NCBI GenBank assembly: GCA_007378985.1
Contig: VMHB01000001.1
Coordinates: forward strand, 192,252 to 256,251
Length of the DNA stretch: 64,000 nucleotides
Reading direction: 5' to 3'
Source of the DNA: Parcubacteria group bacterium Greene0714_7
GTDB lineage: Bacteria; Patescibacteriota; Minisyncoccia; Phycocordibacterales; Phycocordibacteraceae
Positions 8,501-18,959 of the stretch are shown piece after piece. Position 1 is the first letter of the stretch. The number at the start of each line of letters is the position of its first letter. The notes under the pieces were generated by a model. That model was not told the origin of the DNA and did not search any database. It saw nothing but the letters and a program-made list of their open reading frames with translations. The position numbers and the translations under genes were made by a program.

Positions 8501-10581
8501 GTGGTTTTAATCTCAAATCTGACTACAAACCAGCTGGCGATCAACCGCGAGCCATCGAGGCGTTGGTTAAGGGTGTGAAAGACGGGGAGTCACATCAGAC
8601 ACTTCTTGGGGTTACCGGCTCGGGTAAAACATTCACTGTTGCAAATGTTATACAGCAGATTCAAAAGCCAACCTTAGTCATTGCACACAATAAAACACTC
8701 GCAGCGCAACTTACACAAGAGTATCGAGAATTTTTCCCTGAAAATGCGGTGCACTATTTTGTTTCTTACTACGACTACTATCAGCCAGAGGCATACATGC
8801 CGATGACTGATACCTACATTGAAAAAGAGGCTCAAATTAACGCTGAAATTGATCGTTTGCGCCATGCTTCTACTCAGGCACTTTTAACTCGGAGTGATGT
8901 CATTATTGTGGCATCCGTTTCCGCTATCTACGGTCTTGGTTCTCCTGAGCAATATAAAAGAGTCCATAGGAATATTAGGGTGGGTGAAAAATTCGAGCGT
9001 GCAGAATTTGTACGTGCTCTCATTGGGCTCCAGTTTGAGCGTACAAACGCCGACTTAACTCCGGGGACATTTAGAGCGGTAGGTGCGAACGTTGAGCTTA
9101 TGCCAGTCAATGAAGTAGCGGTGTACCGTATTCATCCAGAGCAAGGAAGAATCGCACACATTAGTAAGCTCAATGCTGTTTCCCGGGCTCTTGTTGACGA
9201 GCCAAAAGAATTTTTTCTTTTTCCTGCAAAACATTATGTTACCGATGAAGCTGATAGAGGAAGGGCGGTAGCAGATATACAAAAAGAACTTGATGTTCGT
9301 TTGGTCCAGCTTGAAGCTGAAGGAAAAATGCTGGAGGCAGAACGCCTGCGGAGGCGTACTCGCTACGACCTCGCCCTCATTCGTGAAATTGGATACTGCA
9401 ACGGCATTGAAAATTATTCTCGCCACTTTGATGGACGCAAAGCTGGAGAGCCTCCGTATACGCTTCTTTCGTATTTTCCACACAAAGCAGATGGAACGCC
9501 AGATTTCCTTACGGTCATTGATGAGTCACACGTCACTATTCCTCAGCTCCGTGCCATGTATGCAGGAGACCAGTCACGAAAAAAGATGCTGGTTGATTAC
9601 GGGTTTCGTTTGCCATCTGCTGCGGACAATCGCCCTTTAACATTTGCGGAATTTGAGAAAAGAGTTGGAGAAAAAGTGTATACCAGTGCAACGCCAGGAG
9701 TGTATGAGTTTGAGCATTCGGGTACACCAATCGAGCAAGTCATTCGACCTACGGGACTCATTGACCCTGAAATAATAATTCGCCCCGTAACGGGCACCAG
9801 TTCATCGAGTAGTCAGGTAGTTGATTTCATACAGGAGACCGTCTCGGTAGTAAAAGGAGGAGGGCGAGTGCTTGTCACTACACTGACGAAGAAGATGGCG
9901 GAAGACTTGTCGGAATTCTTAAAAGAAAAAAATATAAAAGCTGAGTATATTCATAGTGATATTAAAACGATTGACCGCATTACTATTCTCACTGAATTTC
10001 GCAAAGGGACCTTTGATTGCTTGGTTGGTGTGAACCTACTTCGTGAAGGGCTCGACCTACCTGAAGTTGAGCTTGTGGGAATACTTGATGCCGATAAGGA
10101 GGGATTTCTTCGCTCCGATACATCACTCATTCAGACTATTGGTCGCGCAGCTCGAAATGTTAATGGTCGGGTTATTCTCTATGCCGATGGAATGACTGGC
10201 TCTATGGAGCGTGCCATTGGAGAGACTAATCGTAGGCGTGCGGTACAGCTTGCCTACAATACAAAGCACGGCATCACACCAAAAACCATTCATAAGAACA
10301 TTAAAGACATTACGGAAACACTGCAATCAGAGAGAGCTGCGGCTATTACTATGCTTTTGGCAGTTGATGAGGATCGTACGCATGATCCTAAAGCCTTGAA
10401 GGCTCTTATTAGCGAGAAACGCCAGCAAATGGAAGATGCGGTTGAGGTTCTTGATTTTGAGACTGCCGCACTGCTGCGAGATGAGGTCTATAAACTTGAA
10501 GAAAAACTACCCGTGCCGAAAAAGCCTAAGCGTAAACCCAAATGGCCCAAGAAAGGTATGGTAATTGATTTAGAAGATTAG
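8497..10581 (+). CDS. uvrB: Excinuclease ABC subunit B
   Basis: Helicase motifs (GVTGSGKTF), the beta-hairpin region and a C-terminal UVR domain, with a Lys/Pro-rich tail. The six-frame ORF starts at 8458 in the same frame, but homology begins at MSGFNL (8497). Confidence 0.9.
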   Translation: MSGFNLKSDYKPAGDQPRAIEALVKGVKDGESHQTLLGVTGSGKTFTVANVIQQIQKPTLVIAHNKTLAAQLTQEYREFFPENAVHYFVSYYDYYQPEAYMPMTDTYIEKEAQINAEIDRLRHASTQALLTRSDVIIVASVSAIYGLGSPEQYKRVHRNIRVGEKFERAEFVRALIGLQFERTNADLTPGTFRAVGANVELMPVNEVAVYRIHPEQGRIAHISKLNAVSRALVDEPKEFFLFPAKHYVTDEADRGRAVADIQKELDVRLVQLEAEGKMLEAERLRRRTRYDLALIREIGYCNGIENYSRHFDGRKAGEPPYTLLSYFPHKADGTPDFLTVIDESHVTIPQLRAMYAGDQSRKKMLVDYGFRLPSAADNRPLTFAEFEKRVGEKVYTSATPGVYEFEHSGTPIEQVIRPTGLIDPEIIIRPVTGTSSSSSQVVDFIQETVSVVKGGGRVLVTTLTKKMAEDLSEFLKEKNIKAEYIHSDIKTIDRITILTEFRKGTFDCLVGVNLLREGLDLPEVELVGILDADKEGFLRSDTSLIQTIGRAARNVNGRVILYADGMTGSMERAIGETNRRRAVQLAYNTKHGITPKTIHKNIKDITETLQSERAAAITMLLAVDEDRTHDPKALKALISEKRQQMEDAVEVLDFETAALLRDEVYKLEEKLPVPKKPKRKPKWPKKGMVIDLED

Positions 10582-10652
10582 AGGTCGTCTAGCGTTAGTC
10601 ATCGAGAGACGGTAGTATGAGGGTACCGCCGGTTCGGCGGTTATTCCTATAT

Positions 10653-13316
10653 ATGGCAAAAGAAAAATCGAAAGATATCCACGACTCTGATGTAGGTCTC
10701 GACAAGATTGTTGTTCGAGGTGCCAAGACACACAATTTGAAGAATGTCTCTTTAGAGATACCTCGAAACAAACTCGTGGTATTTACGGGACTTTCTGGCT
10801 CAGGAAAATCATCGCTCGCATTTGATACTATTTTTGCTGAAGGGCAGAGACGATATGTGGAATCGCTTTCCGCATACGCTCGGCAGTTTTTAAATCAGAT
10901 GGCAAAGCCTGATGTGGAGGAAATTACTGGCCTTTCGCCTGCAATTGCCATCGACCAGAAGAGTCGTTCCAACAACCCTCGTTCTACCGTTGCGACTATC
11001 ACTGAAATTTATGACTACATGCGTATTTTGTATGCCCGTGTAGGTCAGCCGTACTGTACACAAGACGACACTCCAATTCAGAAACTCTCAAAAGAGGAGA
11101 TTATGAAAATAATTCTTCGCACCGTTGAGGTTGTGGATTTGAAGGCAACTGCAAAGCGGGCAATGGGAGTCGCATATAACGATTTGAAAATTCGTATTTT
11201 GGCCCCTGTAGTTGTGGGCAGAAAAGGCGAATACTATCAGCTTCTGTACGATTTACTTGGTAAAGGATATGAAAAGGTAATTGTTGATGGAAAAGAACAC
11301 TCGCTTCGAGAAAGAATTACAATTGAAAAAAACAAAGCGCACGACATTGATGTTGTGGTGGATGAAATTTTTGTTACTGAATTTGATCCCATCGGAAACG
11401 CAAAGCGTTCCAAGGAGCTTGGAAAATCAAAGGTGAACGATGCGAGAGAGCGGTTAAGTGAAGCGATTGAGCTTGCCCTCAAAGAGTCAAATGGTCTTAT
11501 AAAGATTGAAAATCCACTCAAAGAAGTACGCATTCTTTCGGCAAAGTTTATCTGCCCGCTAGACGGTTCATCGTTTCCTGAGGTCGAACCTAGACTATTC
11601 TCATTCAATAGTCCCTATGGTGCATGTCCTGAATGTCATGGGCTCGGAACAGTAGGGTTCTTTAATCTCGATGTTTGTACAGTATGTGAAGGCAAGCGCC
11701 TTCGACCTGAAGCGCTTCGTGTATTTTTAGGAGGCACTGAAAACAAACTCGGTATTTCAATCGTGGACCTTACGAGACTTTCTATCATTGATGCTAAAGT
11801 ATTTATTGAAAATCTAAAGCTCACCAAAAAACAGGAAGAAATTTCAAGTGCAATACTCAAAGAAATTCTTGCACGCTTGCAATTTATGATTGATGTAGGT
11901 ATCGGGTACTTGACGCTCGACCGCACCGCCAACACGCTTTCTGGTGGTGAGGCACAGCGCATTAGGCTCGCATCACAGCTCGGAAGCGGTCTTGTGGGAG
12001 CACTCTACGTTCTCGACGAGCCTACTATCGGACTTCACCAAAAAGATAATGACCGCCTCGTTAAAACACTGCTGAGGCTTCGTGATTTAGGTAATAGCAT
12101 CATCGTAGTGGAACATGACGAAGATACAATTTTCTCTTCGGACTTTATTGTGGACATTGGTCCAGGAGCTGGTGTGCATGGTGGTGAGATCGTCGTGGCT
12201 GGCTGGCTCGACAAACTTCTCACCGCTAAACGAAATGACTCAGGCTCTTTGACCCTCTCGTATCTTCGTGGAGAAAAAAAGATTCCAATTCCCGATGAGC
12301 GACGCACTGAGCAAAAAGGTGCTTTGAAAGTAAGACAGGGAAATGTCTTTAACATCAAAAATATGGATGTTGATGTTCCGCTAGGAAGACTGATTTGTGT
12401 CACTGGCGTATCTGGTTCAGGTAAATCATCTTTCATGTATGAGCTTTTATATAAAAATCTTCGAGGGAAGTTGGAGCGAAATTACAGAACAACCAAGCTG
12501 TATAACTGCACTAGCTTTTCAGGCTCTGAATATTTGAGTCGTGTAATTCTTATTGACCAATCATCGATTGGGCGTACACCCCGCTCTAACCCTGCAACAT
12601 ACACCGGTGCGTTTTCACATATTCGAGATATGTTTGCTGCAACGACTGAGGCTCGTGCACGAGGATGGAAAGGTGGACGGTTTTCTTTCAATGTAAAGGG
12701 AGGGCGATGTGAAGCGTGTCAAGGAAACGGCACCATAGCGGTTGAAATGCATTTCTTGCCAACGGTGTATGTGACCTGCGATGTGTGTGATGGTAAGCGG
12801 TTTATGAAGGAAACCTTGGAAGTTGAGTATCGAAAGAAAAATATACATCAAGTACTTTCTATGACGGTGGAAGAGGGACTTGAGTTCTTTAATGATATTC
12901 CTGCGATTCATGACCGCTTAAAAACCCTTTCAGAAGTAGGCTTGGGTTACTTGAAGCTAGGGCAATCAGCAACAACGCTTTCAGGTGGAGAAGCACAGAG
13001 AGTCAAAATCTCCTCGGAGCTGTATCGAAGACATACTGAGAAGACCATCTATCTTTTAGATGAGCCAACCATAGGTCTTCACTACGAAGATGTTCGAAAG
13101 CTTATTGATATTTTGCAAACCCTTGTGAATAAGGGCAATACCGTCATGGTTATTGAACACAATATGGAGCTTATAAAGAGCTCTGACTTTGTGATTGACA
13201 TAGGTCCTGACGGGGGAGTCGATGGCGGAAAAATCGTCGCTAAAGGCACTCCAGAGGAAGTTGCTCGCACCAAAGGTTCATATACCGGCGAATATTTAAA
13301 GCCTCTTTTGAAATAA
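10653..13316 (+). CDS. uvrA: Excinuclease ABC subunit A
   Basis: Two ABC ATPase modules (GLSGSGKSS, GVSGSGKSS), LSGGE signatures and zinc-finger cysteines. There is an in-frame ATG at 10617, but homology starts at MAKEKS (10653). Confidence 0.9.
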   Translation: MAKEKSKDIHDSDVGLDKIVVRGAKTHNLKNVSLEIPRNKLVVFTGLSGSGKSSLAFDTIFAEGQRRYVESLSAYARQFLNQMAKPDVEEITGLSPAIAIDQKSRSNNPRSTVATITEIYDYMRILYARVGQPYCTQDDTPIQKLSKEEIMKIILRTVEVVDLKATAKRAMGVAYNDLKIRILAPVVVGRKGEYYQLLYDLLGKGYEKVIVDGKEHSLRERITIEKNKAHDIDVVVDEIFVTEFDPIGNAKRSKELGKSKVNDARERLSEAIELALKESNGLIKIENPLKEVRILSAKFICPLDGSSFPEVEPRLFSFNSPYGACPECHGLGTVGFFNLDVCTVCEGKRLRPEALRVFLGGTENKLGISIVDLTRLSIIDAKVFIENLKLTKKQEEISSAILKEILARLQFMIDVGIGYLTLDRTANTLSGGEAQRIRLASQLGSGLVGALYVLDEPTIGLHQKDNDRLVKTLLRLRDLGNSIIVVEHDEDTIFSSDFIVDIGPGAGVHGGEIVVAGWLDKLLTAKRNDSGSLTLSYLRGEKKIPIPDERRTEQKGALKVRQGNVFNIKNMDVDVPLGRLICVTGVSGSGKSSFMYELLYKNLRGKLERNYRTTKLYNCTSFSGSEYLSRVILIDQSSIGRTPRSNPATYTGAFSHIRDMFAATTEARARGWKGGRFSFNVKGGRCEACQGNGTIAVEMHFLPTVYVTCDVCDGKRFMKETLEVEYRKKNIHQVLSMTVEEGLEFFNDIPAIHDRLKTLSEVGLGYLKLGQSATTLSGGEAQRVKISSELYRRHTEKTIYLLDEPTIGLHYEDVRKLIDILQTLVNKGNTVMVIEHNMELIKSSDFVIDIGPDGGVDGGKIVAKGTPEEVARTKGSYTGEYLKPLLK

Positions 13317-13337
13317 TGATTTTGGTATAGTGATTCT

Positions 13338-14567
13338 GTGGAGAAGAAAGATCTAGATTTTTCAAAGATTCCTGATACGCCAGGCATTTATATTTTTCGA
13401 AAAGGAAAGAAGATTTTGTATATAGGTAAAGCAACCTCACTTAGAAGTAGGGTCCGTAGTTATTTTGTTGATGCTATAGCTGATATCCGCAGTCCCTTGA
13501 TTGCAAAGATTGTTGCGGACGCGGGAGTGGTTACTTGGGAAGAAACTGATTCAGTTTTAGAGGCATTCCTTTTGGAGTCCAAGCGAATAAAAGAATATCA
13601 GCCAGTAGGAAATACAGATGCTAAAGATAATAAGAGTTGGAATTATTTAGTGGTTACCAATGAAACCTTTCCTCGTTTTCTTGTTGTTCGTGAAAGAGAA
13701 CTTACTTCTAAATTTTCTCCATCTCTCATCAAGCATCTCTTCGGACCTTTTCCGAGTGGAGCAATGCTCAAGAGTGCTTTAAAAATAATTCGGAGAATTT
13801 TTCCTTTCTTTGATACCAAGTTTCCTTTAGACGGTCATTTAAGTCCTGCGAATGACAAGACGTTCCACTTTAATCAATCCATCGGGCTTTATCCGCGCGA
13901 GCTCAATGAAACTGAATATAAAAAAACAGTTCGGAATATCGTGCTTCTTTTTGAAGCAAAGAAATCAACTCTTTTGAAAACATTGGAGCGAGAAATGATG
14001 AGATCAGCAAAAGCTGAGGATTTTGAAGAAGCAGAAAAACTAAAACGACAAGTGTTTGCCTTAAAGCACATTCAAGACATTAGTTTAGTAAAAGAAGAGC
14101 TCCGTGCTCCTGATAGCTCCGAATTTCGTATCGAAGCCTATGACACGGCTCACATTCGTGGCAGTGCTCCGCGTGGGGTTATGTCGGTCATAGTGGATGG
14201 GGAAGCTGTTCCCGCTGAATATCGAATATTCACGATTCGAGATGCAAAGGCAGGTGATGATTTTGCAGCCCTTACAGAAATCATCACACGAAGAGCTAAT
14301 CATCCAGAATGGCCTTTCCCAAAATTAGTAGTTATTGATGGAGGAAAAACGCATCTGAATATGGCAAAGAAGGTGCTTGTGAAAGTGGGTATTGATGCGG
14401 ATGTTGTTTCTGTAGTGAAAGACGAACGACATCGTCCACGAGAAATTTTAGGCGGTACTGCGCTCGCTGTAACACATGAATCCAGCATTCTTCTTGCAAA
14501 TAGCGAGGCTCATCGTTTCGCTATTTCTCGCCATAGAAGGGCATTACGGAAGTCTCATATACAGTAA
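13338..14567 (+). CDS. uvrC: Excinuclease ABC subunit C, compact form (GIY-YIG + UVR + RNase H-like domain, apparently lacking the C-terminal HhH2)
   Basis: GIY-YIG N-terminus (GIYIFRKGKKILYIGKATSLRSR), a UVR-like helix (EEAEKLKRQVFALKHI) and the C-terminal endonuclease region (YDTAHIRG…YRIF…DDFAAL). At 409 aa it is shorter than the usual ~600 aa. Confidence 0.75.
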   Translation: MEKKDLDFSKIPDTPGIYIFRKGKKILYIGKATSLRSRVRSYFVDAIADIRSPLIAKIVADAGVVTWEETDSVLEAFLLESKRIKEYQPVGNTDAKDNKSWNYLVVTNETFPRFLVVRERELTSKFSPSLIKHLFGPFPSGAMLKSALKIIRRIFPFFDTKFPLDGHLSPANDKTFHFNQSIGLYPRELNETEYKKTVRNIVLLFEAKKSTLLKTLEREMMRSAKAEDFEEAEKLKRQVFALKHIQDISLVKEELRAPDSSEFRIEAYDTAHIRGSAPRGVMSVIVDGEAVPAEYRIFTIRDAKAGDDFAALTEIITRRANHPEWPFPKLVVIDGGKTHLNMAKKVLVKVGIDADVVSVVKDERHRPREILGGTALAVTHESSILLANSEAHRFAISRHRRALRKSHIQ

Positions 14568-14608
14568 CTTTGAAACCTATTTTCTGAAGGTGCGGTACAA
14601 TATTTAAC

Positions 14609-15574
14609 ATGATAACTGTTGCTGTACTTCGCGGAGGCCCTAGTAATGAACACGATGTCTCTTTAAAGTCGGGAGCCAATGTTTTAAGTCACTTACAAAG
14701 AGAGCCATATCGCGCGATAGATGTATTTATAGATAAGAAAGGCGTGTGGCATGTTCGTGGTGTTCCTATTGACCCTGAGAGGGCACTCAGCTCTGTGGAC
14801 GTGGCATTTAATGTCATTCATGGGCATTACGGAGAAGATGGCACCCTACAGAGGATATTAGACAGGATTGGCATTCCCTACACCGGAGCGAACGCTTTGT
14901 CAGCAGGTTTATCTATGAACAAAGTGCTAACGAAAGATATGCTTGCTTCTTCTGGTATCAAAATGGCACATCATGCAACTTTGAATGTGTCACCGACTTT
15001 GGATAAAGACATATTCGAGCTGTTCAGAAGATTCCCTCAGCCTTCGGTAATAAAACCAAATGCGTCTGGTTCGTCTGTGGGTGTTACTATTGCTCGCAGT
15101 TTTGATGATTTTAAGGAAGGTATTAAAAAAGCTTTTGCTCATTCCACTCAGGTATTAGTGGAGGAGTTTATACAAGGCAAAGAAGCGACCGTTGGTATTG
15201 TTGAAGGGCTCCGTGGCAAGAAACACTATGATCTTCTACCTGTTGAGATTGTGCCACCACCGGATGCTGATTTCTTTGATTACGAATTTAAGTACAATGG
15301 TCAAACGACTGAACGAGTTCCTGGAAATTTTACTCGGGATGAAACAGGTGAGCTTCAGCGACTTGCCGCGCTAGCGCATGAGAAGATTGGACTTCGTCAC
15401 TATTCCCGCTCTGACTTTATTGTGTCCCCTCGAGGTATCTATTTCCTTGAAGTAAACAGCGCTGCTGGTGTTGGATTAACCGAGCAGTCGCTTCTACCGA
15501 AAGCTCTTTCCGCAGTGGGTATTTCCATGGATGAATTTTTAGATCATGTTATTCAAGAAACATTAAAGAAGTAA
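14609..15574 (+). CDS. ddl: D-alanine--D-alanine ligase
   Basis: ATP-grasp Ddl N-terminus (VAVLRGGPSNEHDVSLKSG) and the C-terminal catalytic region. Confidence 0.9.
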   Translation: MITVAVLRGGPSNEHDVSLKSGANVLSHLQREPYRAIDVFIDKKGVWHVRGVPIDPERALSSVDVAFNVIHGHYGEDGTLQRILDRIGIPYTGANALSAGLSMNKVLTKDMLASSGIKMAHHATLNVSPTLDKDIFELFRRFPQPSVIKPNASGSSVGVTIARSFDDFKEGIKKAFAHSTQVLVEEFIQGKEATVGIVEGLRGKKHYDLLPVEIVPPPDADFFDYEFKYNGQTTERVPGNFTRDETGELQRLAALAHEKIGLRHYSRSDFIVSPRGIYFLEVNSAAGVGLTEQSLLPKALSAVGISMDEFLDHVIQETLKK

Positions 15575-15577
15575 TCT

Positions 15578-15997
15578 GTGAACATTCACCTTACCGATAA
15601 AAAGTGTGTTGCATGCGAGGGAGGTATTCCGCCACTTATGGAAGCGGAAATTTTAACTTTCAAACCTCAAGTGCCCGCTTGGAACATAACCAGAACTGCT
15701 TCTGGTTTGTTCCGGTCCGATGAAATCGGAACGACCGATGCTCGGGCTTCGGAGCAGGTCGTAGGAGGAATAGTGGAATCCATCCCTCAATCAATTTCAC
15801 GAAAATTTGTATTTAAAGATTTCAAAGAGGCTCTTGCTTTCGTGGATAAGGTTGGTGCCATAGCTGAAGAAGAAGGACATCACCCTGATATGAATTTGTT
15901 TGGTTTCAAGAATGTACTCATTACACTTTCCACCCACGCAATAGGAGGTCTCTCTGAGAATGATTTTATTGTCGCTGCAAAAATTGATTTACTGTAA
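15578..15997 (+). CDS. Pterin-4a-carbinolamine dehydratase (PCD/DCoH family) with an N-terminal extension
   Basis: PCD signature EEGHHPDM…THAIGGLSENDF. Longer than the usual ~100 aa. Confidence 0.7.
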   Translation: MNIHLTDKKCVACEGGIPPLMEAEILTFKPQVPAWNITRTASGLFRSDEIGTTDARASEQVVGGIVESIPQSISRKFVFKDFKEALAFVDKVGAIAEEEGHHPDMNLFGFKNVLITLSTHAIGGLSENDFIVAAKIDLL

Positions 15998-16007
15998 GAG
16001 TAAATCG

Positions 16008-16080
16008 TAAGTGTATGTGGACCGTGCCGGTTTCGAACCGGCTGCCTCCGCATTGCAAATGCGGCGCTCTACCAATTGAG
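16008..16080 (-). tRNA. tRNA-Ala (anticodon UGC)
   Basis: Reverse complement GGGCCGTTAGCTCAATTGGTAGAGCGCCGCATTTGCAATGCGGAGGCAGCCGGTTCGAAACCGGCACGGTCCA folds as a cloverleaf with a G3:U70 pair and anticodon loop TTTGCAA. Confidence 0.85.
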
Positions 16081-16084
16081 CTAA

Positions 16085-16335
16085 CGGCCCTCACTGAGAA
16101 AGAGAGTATCATACAACTCTTTGTATGTACTCTTTTCGAAGAGGGCGGCCGAAAACTTTGTTTACAGGCCCTCGACGAGAAAGAGGATAGCATACGAGAT
16201 TCTCATATGTACCTCTCTCAATGAAGAAGAGAATACCATGAGTGGGGAATCTATGCACCTCTCAGATAGGTCGAATATATAGGTTGAGGGTCATATTTCG
16301 ACATAAGGGCCTCGGTTGTTATACTAGCCGTATAC
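16085..16335. repeat. Degenerate ~55-nt hairpin-containing tandem repeats between tRNA-Ala and pdxS
   Basis: Repeated units gagaaagag(a/g)gtat(c/a)…catac…tct…tgtac…tct…, each with internal inverted repeats. Upstream of pdxS there is also ggtcgaatatata…catatttcgac. Confidence 0.4.
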
Positions 16336-16345
16336 GTATATTTAA

Positions 16346-17257
16346 ATGAAAAAAACACCTGCGCCTATTGTTGTGAAAGGAACTTTCAAACTCAAGTCGG
16401 GTTTGGCTGACATGCTAAAGGGCGGTGTCATTATGGATGTCGTAAATGTAGAGCATGCAAAGATTGCAGAAGATGCCGGGGCTGTTGCGGTGATGGCCCT
16501 CGAGCGGGTGCCGTCTGATATTCGTGCCATGGGTGGTGTAGCTCGTATGTCTGATCCAAAAATGATTAAAGGCATACAGTCTGCTGTTACCATTCCTGTA
16601 ATGGCAAAGTGCAGAATAGGGCACTTCGTGGAGGCACAGGTACTCGAAGCTCTGGCTGTGGATTTCATTGATGAAAGCGAAGTGCTTACTCCTGCAGACG
16701 AACAATTTCATATTTCAAAAGAAAATTTCACCGTGCCGTTTGTGTGTGGCGCCCGTGATTTAGGGGAGGCTCTCAGAAGAATCTCTGAAGGAGCCGCAAT
16801 GATACGAACAAAGGGTGAAGCGGGTAGTGGAAATATTGTGGAAGCAGTACGGCACATTCGTGCGATGCAAGCAGGTATTACTGAGCTTGTCGACCTTCTT
16901 AAGAAAAAGAATACAAAAAAATTACAAACGCTTGCTCGTGAGTATAGGGTTTCATATGAATTGGTTTTAAAAGTAGTGAAGCTGGGACGATTGCCGGTAG
17001 TTAATTTTGCAGCGGGAGGCATTGCAACTCCAGCGGACGCAGCGCTCTGTATGCAACTTGGTGTTGATGGTGTGTTTGTAGGTTCAGGGATATTTAAGAG
17101 TTCAAATCCTAAAAAAACAGCGAGGGCTATTGTTGACTCCGTTGCTCACTTTAATGATGCAAAAAAGATTGCACTAGCAAGTGAAGATGTAGGAGAGGCT
17201 ATGAAGGGGCAAGAAATTTCAGCTCTCCAAACTCGTTTAGCAAGTCGTGGTATTTAG
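16346..17257 (+). CDS. pdxS: Pyridoxal 5'-phosphate synthase, synthase subunit
   Basis: Highly conserved PdxS/Pdx1 sequence (GGVIMDVVN…[11 protein letters not shown]…[11 protein letters not shown]). Confidence 0.92.
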   Translation: MKKTPAPIVVKGTFKLKSGLADMLKGGVIMDVVNVEHAKIAEDAGAVAVMALERVPSDIRAMGGVARMSDPKMIKGIQSAVTIPVMAKCRIGHFVEAQVLEALAVDFIDESEVLTPADEQFHISKENFTVPFVCGARDLGEALRRISEGAAMIRTKGEAGSGNIVEAVRHIRAMQAGITELVDLLKKKNTKKLQTLAREYRVSYELVLKVVKLGRLPVVNFAAGGIATPADAALCMQLGVDGVFVGSGIFKSSNPKKTARAIVDSVAHFNDAKKIALASEDVGEAMKGQEISALQTRLASRGI

Positions 17258-17867
17258 TGCTTCCATGCGCTCTCTCACGGTAGGTGTTCTCGCGCTTCAA
17301 GGCGATGTGAGTGAGCATATAGAAGCAACCAAATCGGCAGGGACTCTTTTAAAGATTCCAATCACCGTTATATCTGTTCGTATAGCGGGTGATTTGGAAA
17401 CACTTGACGCTCTTATTATTCCTGGGGGTGAAAGCACCACACTGCAAAAACTGTGCGAAAGGGAAGGAATGTTTCAGAAAATGAAAAAAGTGAAGAATAT
17501 ATTTGGCACCTGTGCTGGGGCAATTCTTCTAGCAAAAGAAGTTTTACATAAAACATCAGACCAAAAAACTCTAGCTCTTATGAATATAGAGGTGGATAGA
17601 AATGCCTATGGTCGCCAGAATGAATCTTTCGAAAGGGTAATTGAGACGGAATTTGGACAAATGAATGCGGTTTTTATTCGTGCTCCAAAAATACGAACCG
17701 TTGGAAAGAAACTAAAGGTACTTGCTAGAAATGGAACTGAAATAGTTGCCTGTGAGGAACGAGATGGAGGCAGATACTACTTAGCCACGTGTTTTCATCC
17801 AGAGTACACCTCTGGCGCTTTCCATAAATATTTTTTAGAGCAGACTTTGCGAGAGGTAGTTGGGTAG
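17247..17867 (+). CDS. pdxT: Pyridoxal 5'-phosphate synthase, glutaminase subunit
   Basis: Class I glutamine amidotransferase (GVLALQGD…, catalytic Cys in GTCAG). Overlaps the pdxS end as usual. Confidence 0.9.
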   Translation: MVFSASMRSLTVGVLALQGDVSEHIEATKSAGTLLKIPITVISVRIAGDLETLDALIIPGGESTTLQKLCEREGMFQKMKKVKNIFGTCAGAILLAKEVLHKTSDQKTLALMNIEVDRNAYGRQNESFERVIETEFGQMNAVFIRAPKIRTVGKKLKVLARNGTEIVACEERDGGRYYLATCFHPEYTSGAFHKYFLEQTLREVVG

Positions 17868-17868
17868 T

Positions 17869-18930
17869 TTATTTCCCCTGACCGTAATATTGCTTGAGAA
17901 GAGCAACGTGCTCCTTGTAGGTTGCGGTACAGTGGAAACCTCCTTTTTTATCGTGGAAGTAGAAAATGCAATTCGTTTTTTTAGGATTAAGTGCTGCAAT
18001 GACAGCGGCAACAGAGGGGTTTGCAATAGGGGTTGGTGGCAATCCAGGATTTAGGTATGTGTTGTAGCTTGATTTAATATATTTATCTTTTGGTGCAACT
18101 TTAGGCCACCATATATCGTTTTTCCCTTTGTTTGCAGAACTTTTTGCATATTGAAGTGTCGCGTCAATTTGGAGATTCATGTCATTCCAAATGCGATTCC
18201 AGATTATGCCTGAAATTATTCGCATTTCATCAGGGTCACTTGTCTCACGCTCTAAGAGTGATGCAATTGTTAGTGCTGTTTCGAGTGGCACGATTTGAGC
18301 AGTGGAAGTCGCATATCGAGAAAGTATTGTGTTATGAAAACGTTCATCCAAGGTGCGTTTGATAGCATCAATATCGTCGCCGGCATTGACTTCGTATGTC
18401 CCTGGAGCAAATTTCCCCTCACCTAAAGTTGGGGCTTCCGTATTTGTGTGTGTAAGAAACTCTGCACGTTCTTCCTTATTCCAATCTAGTGTTTTTCCAA
18501 AAGCTCGCGCAACTTCTTCTTGTCTATATCCTGGGTAAATAGTGACGAACTGCATTCCAGCAGCTCCGACAAGTGCATAGCCAGGCACGGAAGCGATAAT
18601 ACTAGCGATAGTGCCCAATATTCCTTTCGCCTTAATAGAGGCAGCAGATATTGAGGGGTTTTCATTGGTGAAGAAGGCATCAACTTCTGCATTTTCGTTG
18701 ATAGATCTTCCTTGAGGGTTAACGCTGACGGGGAACGGCTTAATTGTAGGGGTTACGATTTCTTGTTCTTGGTGTATTTGGAAAGAAAAAAATGAAGGAA
18801 ATGAAAGAACTGCACCACCTATAATTAGGGCAAATGCCACACCCCACAACACGAGTGATTTTTTATTTGGCATTTTTTTCTTACCTCTAATTTTTTGCAC
18901 CAAAGGTTTTGATGCTGAAGAACTTGCCAT
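17869..18930 (-). CDS. YceG/MltG-like endolytic transglycosylase (paralog 1)
   Basis: N-terminal TM segment plus the YceG signature YNTYLNPGLPPTPIANP. Confidence 0.7.
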   Translation of the reverse strand: MASSSASKPLVQKIRGKKKMPNKKSLVLWGVAFALIIGGAVLSFPSFFSFQIHQEQEIVTPTIKPFPVSVNPQGRSINENAEVDAFFTNENPSISAASIKAKGILGTIASIIASVPGYALVGAAGMQFVTIYPGYRQEEVARAFGKTLDWNKEERAEFLTHTNTEAPTLGEGKFAPGTYEVNAGDDIDAIKRTLDERFHNTILSRYATSTAQIVPLETALTIASLLERETSDPDEMRIISGIIWNRIWNDMNLQIDATLQYAKSSANKGKNDIWWPKVAPKDKYIKSSYNTYLNPGLPPTPIANPSVAAVIAALNPKKTNCIFYFHDKKGGFHCTATYKEHVALLKQYYGQGK

Positions 18931-18959
18931 ACGATATAGTATAACGCTAGGAATGCTCT

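Noticed and set aside
16342-17022. Minus-strand ORFs overlapping pdxS
   Set aside because: Antisense to a highly conserved gene. No motifs.
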